Source: Reclinomonas americana ATCC 50394 (taxonomy: Eukaryota). From it: 56,707 bases of DNA. The DNA lies in NCBI GenBank assembly GCA_048213135.1, contig PS015044.1:109604-166310 (forward strand), given 5' to 3'. The notes under the pieces were generated by a model. That model ran no database searches and was not told where the DNA came from. It saw nothing but the letters and a program-made list of their open reading frames with translations. Each line of letters opens with the position of its first letter. Within the stretch, counting starts at the first letter, position 1. Below are positions 19,938 through 38,803 of this stretch, in pieces. The translations under genes were made by a program, and so were the position numbers.

Positions 19938-22868
19938 TCACAGCTCTCGACCACTATCTTCGCTGCCACGAAGCAGCGGTATCCCGAGTTCACCGCCGGC
20001 CAGTGACTTCTTGTCTGCATCCCGGGGCATCATTTCAGTGGCCTGCTGATCGACTTGGTCTGCGCAAAACACATTAGGAATGTCAACAACAGAGATGCGC
20101 AAACACATATGCGCACCAACGGCATTGTCGTTCCCGACATCAAGTGTGGAGCGCCGTCGTCGGCGAAGCCAAAGGCAACAGCCTATAATTTCCCGCCATG
20201 CAGACCATAGAATCGGCGACGCCAGCACGATACCAGTGAGAACCAAAACGACGATGCAGGAGACGACCTTGAACTGGGATTGCACTTGAGACGCAAAGAC
20301 GGTGGACACCACCACCAAGCTGCCTAATCCAATCGCCTGTAATGCAAGAAGCAACTCAATAAGTGTAAGAAGCAGCACAAAAGAATCTCTCTCTCTCTCT
20401 GATTCTCCCTGACACCAGCTCCCCACCTCCCCCCTCTCTCCCCCAATGGAGGGCGTCGCAGTAAGCGAACTTGTGATTGAGCGTGAACCACACTGCCCGC
20501 AGTCTCATTCTAGCACCATTCTATTTTTTTGGCTTTCGCCACTGAACCACTGCATGCATCTCCCGCTCTGTGTCACTGCCTACTGCTCATGCACATCAAA
20601 CTCTCCTGCATTGACTTCCGTCATTTCCCACGTGGCTGACACGACAACGAAGGCGTTTAGTGTCAAGTGCAATCTAGTGTGTTACCACGCGAATTCGGAG
20701 AGTTGCTCACTCTTCCTCACCGATGACGAACATCACTCACCTCGAGAATGTTGTACAGTGGTCGCGAGTACGGTCGCACGATCAGGTGTACTGTTAAGAA
20801 GCCGACGCACACCAACCACAACACAAGCGGCAGAGTGGCGAGCTGATCGGCAGCTGCCAGTGGAAAGAGAGTGCTCACAATCACCAGTCGACGAGTGAGT
20901 TGGTACGCTGTACAGTGATTCATCGAATGGTACAGCAGTCAGTCACATCAGTGCGTATTGCATATGAAAAAACACGCACTGCTGCAGAGCATCTTCGTTG
21001 ACTACAAATCACCTTGATACCACACCACTGGCGGTCGATAGTGGTTGTACAAAGTACCTAGACTACGGCGCACCGATTCGTCATCAAGCCTACGTTGTCG
21101 ACGCAAGCGAACAGTCCACCACACAATTGCCACGGGTGAGGCAAGCAGAAGCGCCCCCAGAATAGCAAACAGCGGGACCAACTGCAACCATCTGCACCCG
21201 TGTACGTGACACGCACAAGTCAACATATTAAAATTGGGAAGCAGCTAACAGAAGAAACTCTCGGACTATATCTGAAACCGCTCAGGGAGGCTGTCAAACT
21301 CTCTCCCTCCCTCCCTCTCACTCTCTCTCTCTCTCTCTCTCTATTTTCGTGACAAACATTATCTCTTCCACAGTCTCCGTTCCCTGCTGGCCACCCAACG
21401 CAACACTCCAGTGTAGCACACGATACTCGGCGAGAAGAGCACGACATGCTGCTGACCAACTGCCGTGCATGAGAAGAGAAACGTAACCACAGCCTCCGTT
21501 ACGCCCTCGTAGGCTGACAGCAGGAGGACAACAGTTGTCATCACGTAGCGAGACGGTACCGCAAACCGTCCAAACCACTGCACAAACTGTCCGCGCCAAC
21601 CAACGCGCTGGAATCGCCCAACAGGGTAACAGCAACGCGCCATCATAAACGCAAGCAACTTGTGCAGGCCAAAGAATGACCACAGAAGTGCCAGGTACAC
21701 CAAGGGTGACACAACACGGGCAAGCATGTCTCCGACTGCGTCCAGATGCAGGGGGCAACCCACGTTGAAGAATGCCGGCACCCAGCCCTTTAGGAGGCGG
21801 CTGACAGAGAGCAACTCCACATTGGGGTAAAACATCAGAGTCATGGTCTGCAGAGTGAAGATGATCATTTCGGCCGAGGCTGTTGAGCAAGTGATAGTCA
21901 GTCCAACGTCCCAGTACATAATCGACACAATACCAGAGAGGAACATATAAAATTGAGACTGTGCGTGCGGCGAGAGTTAAAGGTGCAGCGCCTCACACCC
22001 CTTGACAACATACAGTGCGATTTCACGGCGTTATAAAAGACACCCCCAACAACAACAAACAGCACAGCATTTCGTCTCTCGTACATACAGAAGCAAATGC
22101 AAATCAAGGAGAGTACACAAGTCCTCTCTAGAATTGCCTAACTCTATGCCCAACCCCGCCACTCACCTCCACCAGCTGCGACCTGGAAGAAAATGTGCAA
22201 CACGAGGACATATGCCGCCATCTTGAGAATCACGACAAGCCGGGCAACATTCGAGGTGCTGGTGCACTCTATGCATTGCCCCTCCCAGTACGAGTAATTT
22301 TCCTGTGAGCGACGGTCATCATTCGGCACCAGTCTCACTCACCACCATGTACACGAACCTTGCACGCGCCACAAAGTGGTGACAGCGGGTCTCGATGGAG
22401 CTTGCTATTGCAGAAATCGAACACTCCCTCGTTGCTCAGTTCGACCGGCTCCGGCCGCTGACAAAACTCATACGGGCACGTGTACATCACGATAAAATCA
22501 GACGGGGGCGGCATGATGGTGATGTCACCAGCTTGAATCGGTGCCGTGGTCCAGTGGAGAGATAACGGGAACGTCCAGAATGTAGACTCGACAAACAAGT
22601 TCGAACCACCGAGGCAGGCAAGTCCCGTGGAGCACAGCTGGCATGTTTGATTAAACGAAGGCGATGACAGTGAGTACTGTCCACCAGGACAGTCGGTACA
22701 ACCGCCGGAGTCGCTTGCAAAATGCTTGCCGGCCGGGCACGGCGAGAGTGGAACTGCAAGCGGCGGCGGCGGCTTGACAAAGTGACCGCCACCACTGATC
22801 GACACTGTGATGTTGAAGACTGACTGCGGCGGTATATCCGCAGAGCGCGCATGCGCAGCCACATTGCC
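19938..22868 (-). CDS. Cys-rich, multi-pass membrane protein (paralogue A of 23205-27949); 5' part lost in gap
   Basis: Exons about 22868-22359, 22302-22167, 21879-21405, 21192-21012, 20908-20741, 20336-20117, 20060-19938 (last boundaries approximate). CPAG..C..C..G.Y....C..C..G..C.GG Cys-rich module, SPLCGACK, several hydrophobic segments, LGTLY.HYRP.VVWYQ motif. Confidence 0.78.
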
Positions 22869-23204
22869 NNNNNNNNNNNNNNNNNNNNNNNNNNNNNNNN
22901 NNNNNNNNNNNNNNNNNNNNNNNNNNNNNNNNNNNNNNNNNNNNNNNNNNNNNNNNNNNNNNNNNNNNNNNNNNNNNNNNNNNNNNNNNNNNNNNNNNNN
23001 NNNNNNNNNNNNNNNNNNNNNNNNNNNNNNNNNNNNNNNNNNNNNNNNNNNNNNNNNNNNNNNNNNNNNNNNNNNNNNNNNNNNNNNNNNNNNNNNNNNN
23101 NNNNNNNNNNNNNNNNNNNNNNNNNNNNNNNNNNNNNNNNNNNNNNNNNNNNNNNNNNNNNNNNNNNNNNNNNNNNNNNNNNNNNNNNNNNNNNNNNNNN
23201 NNNN

Positions 23205-26200
23205 GGAAACGGGTGGTGGTGGCGTGGCCATGAGCGGACAGGGCTGCAAGATTATGGACTCTTTCGTCAAGTCCAACTCAGCGCCTGACGGATATGGCGG
23301 TGGAGTGGTGCTCAGCGAGGTGGCCACCACAGCCACAATCAGCAACACCACAGTCTCCAGCAACACGGCGCTGTATGGTGGTGGACTTGCTGTGCGTGCC
23401 GAACAGGCAAGCTTGCAGATTCAATCGCAATCTGTTGTGGACAGCAATCAGGCAACGCAGAACGGTGGCGGTGTGTATCTCACTGCCACCGCCACGCTTG
23501 CCGTGTCGAGTGGCTCTTGTGTGCAGAACAACAAGGCACTCCATTTCGGTGGTGGAATGTTTGCCGACCTGCAGTCCTCGTCTTCTTGGTTGGATTCGTT
23601 TATTGTTGGCAATTCTGCACCCTTCGGCAGTGGCCTGTTCACTGACCAGAACAGCAAGCACACACTGACGGGTACGTCTGTCAGCAACAATCAGGCGACG
23701 GCAGATGGTGGTGGCGTGTATGCCGACGGCGTGTCGCAGGTCAGTCTCGCCAACTGCTATTTGGCGGCCAACAATGCCACCCTGGCCGGAGGCGGCATGT
23801 ACGTGTCCCAAACGGCCAACGTCACATCGTCCACAAACCAGTTCCAGAGCAACACAGCAGCCACCTCTGGTGGACATGTGACTGCACAGGGACTGGGAAT
23901 GTGGACGGATACGGGCAGCACACTGAGTGCTGGCCTGGCACAGTTGTGGGGCGGTGCATTTTATGCTGCTGGCAGCTCAAGCACCACAATGTGGGGATCC
24001 CGACTGCTCGCCAATCGTGTCGCTGGTGGTGGCGGTGGTGGAGTGTCGGCGGCGGAGACTGCGCAAGTGGTGATGACTGCGGTGATAGTGGAAGGCAATC
24101 AGGCTGACAACGGAGGTGGTGTATACACGCGCACGGACAACAATCCACAAGTGAACATCACTGGCTCGCTGCTGAAGAACAACACGGCGACAACAGTTGG
24201 TGGCGGTCTCTTTGCCGGAGGCTCTGCCAACGTCACCAGCTCGAACACTCGCTTTGTAGGCAACACGGCCGAGCGAGGTGATGGTGGTGGAGCATCGGTG
24301 GTGGACACGACAACGACTTCCTTTGTCTCAACGACATTTGCTGACAACTGGAGTGGAGCACGCGGTGGCGGTCTGGCCGTTAACATCACTCAATCGACAG
24401 TGGGTTCCGTCGGTGTGCTCCTGTATAGTGTGTCAGTGTTTGGCAATCAAGCGGTGGCACCTCTGGGTCAACCCCGCTTGGTTGGCGAAGGAGCCGGTGG
24501 CGGCATCTTTTGGAACGGTGGTGGCAATCCGTCGACGCTTGCCGCTGTGTCGCAGTCATTCGCTGCTGCTGGTGGATGGTCATCGTGGATGCAGCAGCGG
24601 CAGTTAAACGTCACTGGTAACCTGGCCAGTAACTCGCTGGCGAATGATGTCGGCAGCAGTTGCGTTGCATGTGATGAGCACAAATATGTTTGCTTTTCTT
24701 TTTGAAGGTTCATGCTTCGCTGCAGCGCTGTACTCTGTTATGATGGACTCGACCAGCGGCGTACCATATCCATCACCACAGCAGCCACGAGTTATACAGG
24801 TGAACGCTACGGATGTCTTCGGTCAGTTCATGTCGACACTGGACAACACGCAGTTCCATGTCACTTGCTCCTCGGGTTGCAGCCCAGCGGTTTGTCGTGC
24901 TTACTCATCTCGTCTTTCAAGATTGTTCCTCGCTGACGACCCACCGCCCACTTATGCAGACAAGCTCTCAGTCCGAGTCGACCGTGGCTGGAACTGCGAC
25001 ATTCCAGTTGACGATTGTCGAGCGTGGGGCGAATCCGACCCAAGGCATTCGCGCGCATCTGCGCGACACCGGCGACTCTGTGAGCATCGGCATCACCACT
25101 GGCTCTGGCGGTGGCTTTGTCGGCCCGCAGCCTGAGCTCTCATTGCCACTGGCAGCTTGCCCTGCGGGTTACAGTTACACGGACATTGGCTGCCAGCAAT
25201 GCCCTCCTGGCGAGTACGCGTTGCCGACGAGTGCATTCAACCAGACGTGCGCGCCGTGTCCAGCCAATGCCGACTGCCTCGGCGGATTGCAGATGGCAGT
25301 GCAGTCGCAGTTCTGGACCTTCCCAGTTGATACTGACTGGCAGATTGAGGGTGTCTTGTCCAAAGGATGGGCAGGCACGCTAGTGTCGCCACCGTCTGCT
25401 GTGGTGGCATACCTCTGTCCCTATGATTACTGCGAACGCGGTGACGACTCTAGCCAAACCTTGGTGACTGTCGACGCCGAATACTGCAATGAGGAGACAA
25501 ATCGTGCGTCAGACTCGCCGCTGTGTGGAGCGTGTAAGGTGGGTCACATGTCGGTGCAGCGAAAGATGATGGCTTTCTCACTGAAATATGCAGGAGGGCT
25601 ACTCTCAGTGGCAAGGAGTGTGCATTCCGTGCGAATCAACATCAGGATGGGCGCGCTTGTGGACATTCACCAAGATGCTTGCCTTTGTGCTATTCATCCA
25701 CGTCTTCTTCCAGATTGATGTTGGTGGAGGTGTGTAATCCGGGAGAAGAGACGGGAAACGCGAAAGTGAGAATAGAAGAGATGGGAAAGGCGAGGGCGAG
25801 AAGAGCAATGGAGAGACGAGCGAGTCCCAGAGGAAGGGAGACAGGAAAGGCGTGAGAGGAGCGATGAGGGAAGCCGCACTCATTGCGGAACACAGCGAGT
25901 GGGAGAGAGATGGTAACACGACGCAGTCGAAGGAGAGACAGCAAGTGAGGAGAGGAGACATGAAGCAAGAGGAACTATAGGCAGTTAGAGAGGAAAGCAA
26001 ACACACCCGTGTTGATTGGATCAAGACTGACCCACTTGAATGTCCGCTTGCAGCATCTGCCGAAATCATCATCTTCACCCTCCAGACCACCACGCTTCTC
26101 TTCTACCCCAACGTGGAACTCATCACTCTCAACCGACTGCTCACCTTTGTCGTGCCGCGCATTCTGGATGTCGGCTGTCCGTTCAACACAGACGCTGTCG

Positions 26201-27949
26201 GTGACCTGTTGGCTCGTGTCGTATCGCCATTTGTGTCGCTGGCGATCTTGTGGGCCTGCTTTGTTCTACATTGGCTGCTTGCAAGAGCATTGGTGCGCTG
26301 CATCCACCATGGCTCGACGAGCGGACGATGGCCGCGATTCGTCACGTGGTTCAGGCTTATCGCCTCGCCGCACCACTACATCCTGACAACAGTTGTGCTG
26401 CTGCTGGGAGCGTACGAGGGCCTGGCGGAGACGGCGATTACGTTCTTCACGTGCACGGAGGTCGGCAACAGTCATGTGGTGCTCTTTTCACCCAGCATTG
26501 TGTGCTACGAGGGAGTGTTGCGTTTTATTTTGCAGCAGTGCGGTTGTCCCATTCCGTGCGCACGCTGATCAGCAAATGTGTGTGCGCAGGTGGCATCGAC
26601 TAATTCCGCTCTTTGCCGTGCTGCTGGCAGCCACTCTCAGTGTGCCAGTGTTGGTAGTGTGGTGGACCGTGCGCTTGCGTCGGCAAAAGAGATTACATGA
26701 CGAGAAGGTCGGTGGTGGCAAGTAATCAGCTTGAGATGACATAGTCTCATTCTTGTGCGACAGACTCGGCGACGATTCGGTGTGTTGTACGATCACTTCC
26801 GACCCCCGGTGGTATGGTATCAAGGTGAGTGGCGCGAAGGGGAGGACGGGAGAGAGAGATAGAGAGTTAGATCTGCACAAGGGTAGATGTATTCTTTGCG
26901 TCACGCTTTCGTGTGCATGATAAGGTATTGCACTGGGTGCGCACAGCAAATCAAGCCCAACGGTTGCTGAGAGCAGTGAGGTCAGAATGCATACGGGCGC
27001 ACTGATGTTTGATTGTTTGCTTCTCCGCTGCACTGGCTGTGTCACTCTTTCACATATTTGCACTACGCACAGCGAATAGTTGCACCAATGCCACTTATCG
27101 TCGAAAAGAGTCTCGTACGCGCACAACAGACTTAGGGGCAAGAAGGCACACAGTGAGGCGATGCTGATCGCCACAATATATGCAATAGAATTACACTGCC
27201 CCACCATCAGTGTCACAGATGATGGTCGTCACCGCACCGAGCATTACTTCTCACTGTTCCATTTGGGTACATCAGGCTATCAACTATGTCGACGTCTGAT
27301 CGTCCTCGCCGTGCTCTTCCCTCTCGCCGCCACGGGATCAATCGACATCCTTCCACTGGCGCTGTGGGTGGTGTGTGTCGCCTTCCTCGCGGTGCACCTC
27401 GTCGTTCGCGCCTATGAACACCTCTTGTACAACGTGCTGGAGGTGAGTCGTGCACTGTGAGTGCGGACACACATGCATTCTCATTCTGTGTGCTTGGCAG
27501 GCCATCGGGCTCGGCTCCCTGGTTATCATCTCCACCGTGTTCGCATCACACGCATCTCCGCGCTTCAAAGTCGTCACGTGCATCGTGGTGCTCTCGCTTG
27601 CTGGCGCAGTGTTGGTGGGCCCAGTAGTGCTGTCTGGTATCAAGGCCGCGGTGGCGTTTTGCAGACGTCGGCAGAGGCGAGGATCGGCAACCTCTGATGG
27701 TGCGCGTCGTCTGAGATGCAGGGATTCTCGATGCAGAGCACTCCCTTTGCCTCTCTCTCTCTCTCACTCATTCTTTTTATCTCTGTATTCTTCTCTCTCG
27801 CTCATACAACAGAAATCGAGATGCAAGTGGGTGCAAGCCGTCACGTGCAAGTCACCAGTGTTTCCACGCTCCATGCGCCGCTCCTGGAGGCTGCCGACGA
27901 GGATGACAACAGACTGGAGCGTCGCGGCATGGTCACCGGAGCTGTTTGA
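23205..27949 (+). CDS. PMP-like/right-handed beta-helix repeat protein with Cys-rich module and multi-TM C-terminus (paralogue B); 5' end lost in gap
   Basis: Many N.A..GGG(V/L/M/A) and F..N motifs in 23205-24658, then exons 24726-24889, 24960-25538, 25594-25729, 26054-26516, 26590-26707, 26764-26824, 27276-27442, 27501-27699, 27813-27949, all GT-AG and phase-consistent. Confidence 0.82.
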
Positions 27950-28093
27950 TTCACTGTACCGTGCAACAGCGTTGAATCCCTCTCAGTGACCTGGTGGCCA
28001 ACGCTGGTGAGAGAGCTGCTTGCAGTTTAATTGCCACTATGATTAGACGACCTTCACATCTTGCCTGTTCATACCATTCTCGAGAGGCTAATT

Positions 28094-30990
28094 CTACATC
28101 TCTCCTGCCGGCATATCGCTCGACTCCTCTTGCTGCTGCGTCAGCGCAGCATACTCCTCTCTCGACATGCGCTGCACGTGCCCTGCTTCCAGACGCAGCA
28201 CGTAATTGCACAACTGCGCGGGTACGGCAATGTGTGATATTATGAGCAGCGTTCCTCCGGTGTCGTTGCAGTACTGTTGCAGAGAATTAGCAACGCAAGC
28301 TTTGGGTCCCTTTCCGCACATAGAATCACAAGAGAGAAGACGAATTAACCAAGAAAGGCTAAACGAGAAAAAGAAATTCGTCATCTTCTAGAGATGGGGG
28401 GTGAACAGATAAAATCTCACACTGGCTCCAGCATAATTCACCAGACTGCCGACCCCCACTCACCGCCTCCAGTGCATTGTACACCAGCTGTATGCTCTCT
28501 GAATTCAGTGCGCTGGTGGGCTCATCCATCACCAAAATCGGCGACCGTCGCAGGAAAGCACGTGCCAAGGCAATACTGTTNNNNNNNNNNNNNNNNNNNN
28601 GAGAGAGAGAGAGAAAAGAGAACAAAGCAGCATCCACCAGTATGGTCTCGGTTCCTTGGCCATTGGGAGACTTTGCTTCGTCCTTTCGCATTCCCGTCTC
28701 TTTTTCCATACGCTGCCTCTGTCTCCCTCGTTTCTTCGATCCCACTCGACCGCACGCACCAATGTATCGCCAGCGCTCATCGAGGTCCTCTTGCCTCGTA
28801 ACGCTCCGTCACTTCCTTTGTTGTCAACCTCCTTGAGCTTCAAACGTGGAACGCCCTCCTGTAGGCAAAGTGAGCCAGCAAATAGCTCTAATACATATGC
28901 ATGATGCCACATGCAACGACGAACTCCATCGCCAGCCGGCAGCAAGAGGATTTCGTAAATGTCCTCAATGCCACCCACGGTTTGCATGAGATTGGAGAAC
29001 GAATCACTGGCCACACTGATTGAACCAAGCGCAGAAGCGGAAACGGCTGCAGTGCGGCGTCGCATGTGTATGTCAGTCGGACGTGCACACAGACGCACAC
29101 ATGCACAAACACACCCCCACAGACGCCACACACACCACACACACTCTCTTATTCACTCACTCACTCACTCACTCACTCACTCACTCTCTCTCCCACTCAC
29201 TCACTCTCTCTCTCTCTCTCTCTTATTCACTCACTCACTCACTCACNNNNNNNNNNNNNNNNNNNNNNNNNNNNNNNNNNNNNNNNNNNNNNNNNNNNNN
29301 NNNNNNNNNNNNNNNNNNNNNNNNNNNNNNNNNNNNNNNNNNNNNNNNNNNNNNNNNNNNNNNNNNNNNNNNNNNNNNNNNNNNNNNNNNNNNNNNNNNN
29401 NNNNNNNNNNNNNNNNNNNNNNNNNNNNNNNNNNNNNNNNNNNNNNNNNNNNNNNNNNNNNNNNNNNNNNNNNNNNNNNNNNNNNNNNNNNNNNNNNNNN
29501 NNNNNNNNNNNNNNNNNNNNNNNNNNNNNNNNNNNNNNNNNNNNNNNNNNNNNNNNNNNNNNNNNNNNNNNNNNNNNNNNNNNNNNNNNNNNNNNNNNNN
29601 NNNNNNNNNNNNNNNNNNNNNNNNNNNNNNNNNNNNNNNNNNNNNNNNNNNNNNNNNNNNNNNNNNNNNNNNNNNNNNNNNNNNNNNNNNNNNNNNNNNN
29701 NNNNNNNNNNNNNNNNNNNNNNNNNNNNNNNNNNNNNNNNNNNNNNNNNNNNNNNNNNNNNNNNNNNNNNNNNNNNNNNNNNNNNNNNNNNNNNNNNNNN
29801 NNNNNNNNNNNNNNNNNNNNNNNNNNNNNNNNNNNNNNNNNNNNNNNNNNNNNNNNNNNNNNNGAGTCAGGCAGCAGGTTTTCTCAAGTACGCAAGCGGT
29901 GCAGTGATGGTGCGAAACAGTCGCGAAATGAGGTCGCCCTGGTGTGCGGCGCTGAAAAAAGACACTGGCCGTGTGATCAGCACATTGACAAGCTGCGATC
30001 TGGCGCGAAGGAGCACCTGTGCACATGACGCAAATGCTATTTATCAGTCTCGTGCGACAAGAGATCCAACTCGCATACACATTGATTCACAGAAGTCACC
30101 TTGCTGTGCACGAGATGAAACAGCATGAGCGAGCTCTGTGATGAGAACTGCTGAGAGAACATCACAATGGCCCAGTTGATAAGGCCGCGTTTGACACCCT
30201 CCCAGTCGCGTTCTCTGGCAGAGAGACGACAACAGCAAGCACAGCATCGTGGTCAGTCAGCAGCAAACAGTCTCCGCCATGGTTAAGCTGGCGGTGAGGA
30301 CGGAACTCAATGATGGCCGAATTCTGCAACTCCTCCTGCAGCTTGCCCACAATGTTGCCAAGCATCACCGACTCAATCTGACTCGCCGCCGCGCCGACAG
30401 CGGCAAAGAGCACGGCAGTGATGAGAAGCCACTTCTCCGGACCATAGAATGGCAAGATGCGCCACAACATTCGCAGCGTGTGGAACAAGCCTGCTCCACT
30501 TCTACACGGCTGGCAGCCACAGCAGTTGGTCTCGGACGTCTCCGAATGCCTCAACAGCTGGTCCTCGCCTGCGGTGGCTTCCTGTAGCACGCAGCGGACG
30601 TCGTCAACACATCTTGAACATTCAACACTGCGGTGCGCAGCGCGCAGCGCGCGTAACGTTTCCGGCTACAGCATAATTCGAATCCTTGCCCCCGGAATCG
30701 TCACGGCCAGACTGAGGGGCAGGCGACTCGGGTACGAGTTTGTGGTGCACATATCCGTCTCGATCAGTGCGCAGATGAAGCCGAGTCTTGGAGGCCATGG
30801 CGACGGCAATCAACGACTGTGTCAACAAGCCAGTGGGGCTCATGCCGACAACCTCCATGTCATGAGTCGGATATGCGAGCACAGCAGCGAGCGACCCTCG
30901 ACGAGTGCGCTGTCGATCTTGATCAGCAGGATGCGGCTCCTCCTCACTGAAGCGCAGGTACTGCGCTGATGACCCATCGGTGCCCTGCAT
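28094..30990 (-). CDS. ABCB-like ABC transporter (one TMD + one NBD seen), copy R, interrupted by gaps
   Basis: Exons 30990-30658, 30581-30307, 30214-30100, 30016-about 29919; gap; exons within about 29050-28750 (..DSFSNLMQTVGGIEDIYEILLLP..); gap; NBD end 28580-28463 and about 28274-28094. All on the minus strand in the expected domain order. Confidence 0.8.
29150..29246 (+). repeat. (CACT)n/(CT)n microsatellite in ABC intron
   Basis: Directly visible, abuts a gap. Confidence 0.9.
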
Positions 30991-31757
30991 GGAGTCTCCA
31001 TGGAGTGAGGATGAGTTCCACTCGCGGAGAGTTGAGCAGAGAACCNNNNNNNNNNNNNNNNNNNNATGAACACATATTGTCCGCCTCATGATCTGCAGCG
31101 GCTCTTTCGCACAAAAGAAAGCGGCGAGTTTGGCGACATTGTGCACACGGTAGGATGCGAGAACAGGAGGATGATTTACCAGGGCATCTTCAGCGAAGCG
31201 AAGCAAGCACAAAGCAGGTACAGCGGACAAAAAAATCACATCAGGCGATCACACGTTCCACTGTGATGGTTTGCCGCTGACACGTCCGCCGTTGTTCACT
31301 GCCGAGCTTGGCGTGCCGGTTTGGCCGTGCGGTGGCATACCACGGGGCTGAGGGCACGTGCGACACGGATGTGAATTCTCGTCTGGTGAACATGTGCGCA
31401 GAAGCAGTGTTGGTGCACGTGGAGTGCAGCACGTACCATGATACCTCCCGGTGCCACCACCGGACGTCCAACAACAGGGGGAGGGACTCCTCGACCAGAC
31501 ATGGAGTGTGCGTTCGAGAGAAAGAAAATTGAAAATGAAAATGAAATTTTGAATTTGTGTGGCGGGATTGACAGTATTCACAGCGACTAGGCTGGCCACA
31601 ATCGACTGCTGTCAGCACATCGATATGTCTCTCTATGTGAGACGTGCTCCATTCGGAGAGGAGAGAGCGTGGACGAGACAAATGCATGACAATCCGACAA
31701 AACTTGTCAGATGCTGGATTTCCGGTGATTCGACTTTTGCAACAATTGCAACAAAAA

Positions 31758-32021
31758 ATTCACTAACAAGCAAGCAACAGCTATCTTGATGACCAAGTTC
31801 AACCGTATCCAAAACATCAACGACACCAATGAGGCAGCAGGTTCCTTGTGATGCGGTGAAGATCGCAGTTCTCGATCGCGACTTGTTCGGATCCGGAGCT
31901 CCGAATGCGAATACCCACGCCCGAGGAACCTGCTGCTGCCCCACGATTGGTGTCTGTGTTGATGTTTTGAATATGGTTGAACTTGGTCATCAAGACAGCT
32001 GTTGCTTGTTTGTTGGTGAAT
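31758..32021. repeat. Imperfect fold-back (arms about 31758-31846 and 31924-32021), MITE-like
   Basis: AACAAGCAAGCAACAGCTATCTTGATGACCAAGTTCAACC..GCAGCAGGTTCC is the near reverse complement of GGAACCTGCTGC..GGTTGAACTTGGTCATCAAGACAGCTGTTGCTTG. Confidence 0.8.
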
Positions 32022-32293
32022 GAATTTGTTGTTGTTGTTGTTGTTGTTGGTCAACCACGCTTACGCGGTGGAGCCGTGGTTTCTCTTGCAGAAACGCCAG
32101 CATTAGCCGTCTCGACTTTTTCTCGCTCTTTTTTCGTGATGTCTGAGTTTTTGGTGCTCACTCAAGATGGTGATCATCATGCAGCTGTGTTGCTGTTTGG
32201 ATTAGTAAAGTTGTTGTTATTGTTGTTGGTGAATGAAATGCTGTTGTTGTTGTCTAAAACAGTCGTCTTTCTCTCTCCATCGCTCTTCACTGT

Positions 32294-37625
<5,332 letters not shown>

Positions 37626-38803
37626 GGTCACACAGTGAATGTGATTCTGTTGTACCGGAAATGAATGCAATGTGAGAGAGGCAAAGGAGGCAATGCGCAC
37701 CTCAAGTCATCTCGTTGTTGTCAACCCCCCCACTGCACCACGAAGAAGCCGCGGTGGTTGACGGCACTGCATACAAATGAATACAATCCACAGTCCATTC
37801 CATCGACTCCTCATTCTTCTCCTCTCTCTCGTCTGTGAAGAGCGACTCTGCCTTCGCTCTGAGTGTTCTCCTCTCTTTGTGAACACACACACACACAGAC
37901 GTACACATAGCAAGCGCGCATGCGGCTACGTGCTCTCCAACGAGAAGTGCAACTCATCCCATGTCCAGATTTCATTGCAGGTTAAGTTTTAAGGCACACG
38001 CACACTCCTCCTTCTTCTCCCTCTCCTTCCCTTTCTCCTTCTCCTCCTCCTCCTCCTCCTCCTCCTCCTCCTCCTGCGTCTCCGGTGTCCATCCATCATG
38101 CATGCACACACATTCGGGGGGAGGTTGACAAATGCGGATGCGGAAGCTGCACCAGCACATCGTGCATCTCCTGTCTGTGTCCACAAAGGATGGAAGGCGC
38201 TCGTCATCCTCCCTTCCTCCTCTCCTCTCCCGCCCTCTCTCCTCTTCCGCCCACTCTCTCTCTCTCATACAAACTCACGCACATTCATCGTCTCTCGTCT
38301 CTGTCATCTCATCTCTCTCTCTCCATTTCTCTCTCTCTCTCTCTCCTCTGTTCCTTCTCTCCACGACTCCGCCACCTCCTCATCCTTCTCTCACTCCCCT
38401 CTCACGCATCGTGTTTCGCTCCTTTTGTCTGAGTTTCCCTTGTCGTTGTTCGTGGACACATGCAATCCTCTCTCTCTCCCTCGTTCTCTCCCTCGCTCTC
38501 TCCCTCGCTCTCCACCCTCCATCCTCCACCCTCCCTCGCGTTCCCTTCATGCTGCACCACTTCGTTCCAGTGTGTCTAATTTTCACAGATTCATTACCCA
38601 CCTATCTCCGTCGCTGCACTCCGTCAATGATATCCCGCGCCTCGCGTCGTGTCTCCACTGCACAACACTCTCTCAACCTTTCTCTGCGTGTGTGTGCATG
38701 ATTCCCGCACACTCGTCCGCGGTCGATTGTCTAACTTTTCAATGTACACTGTTTTCTCTTCTTCTCTCTCTCTCTGCTCTCATTCTCCCCGCGCGCGACA
38801 CAG

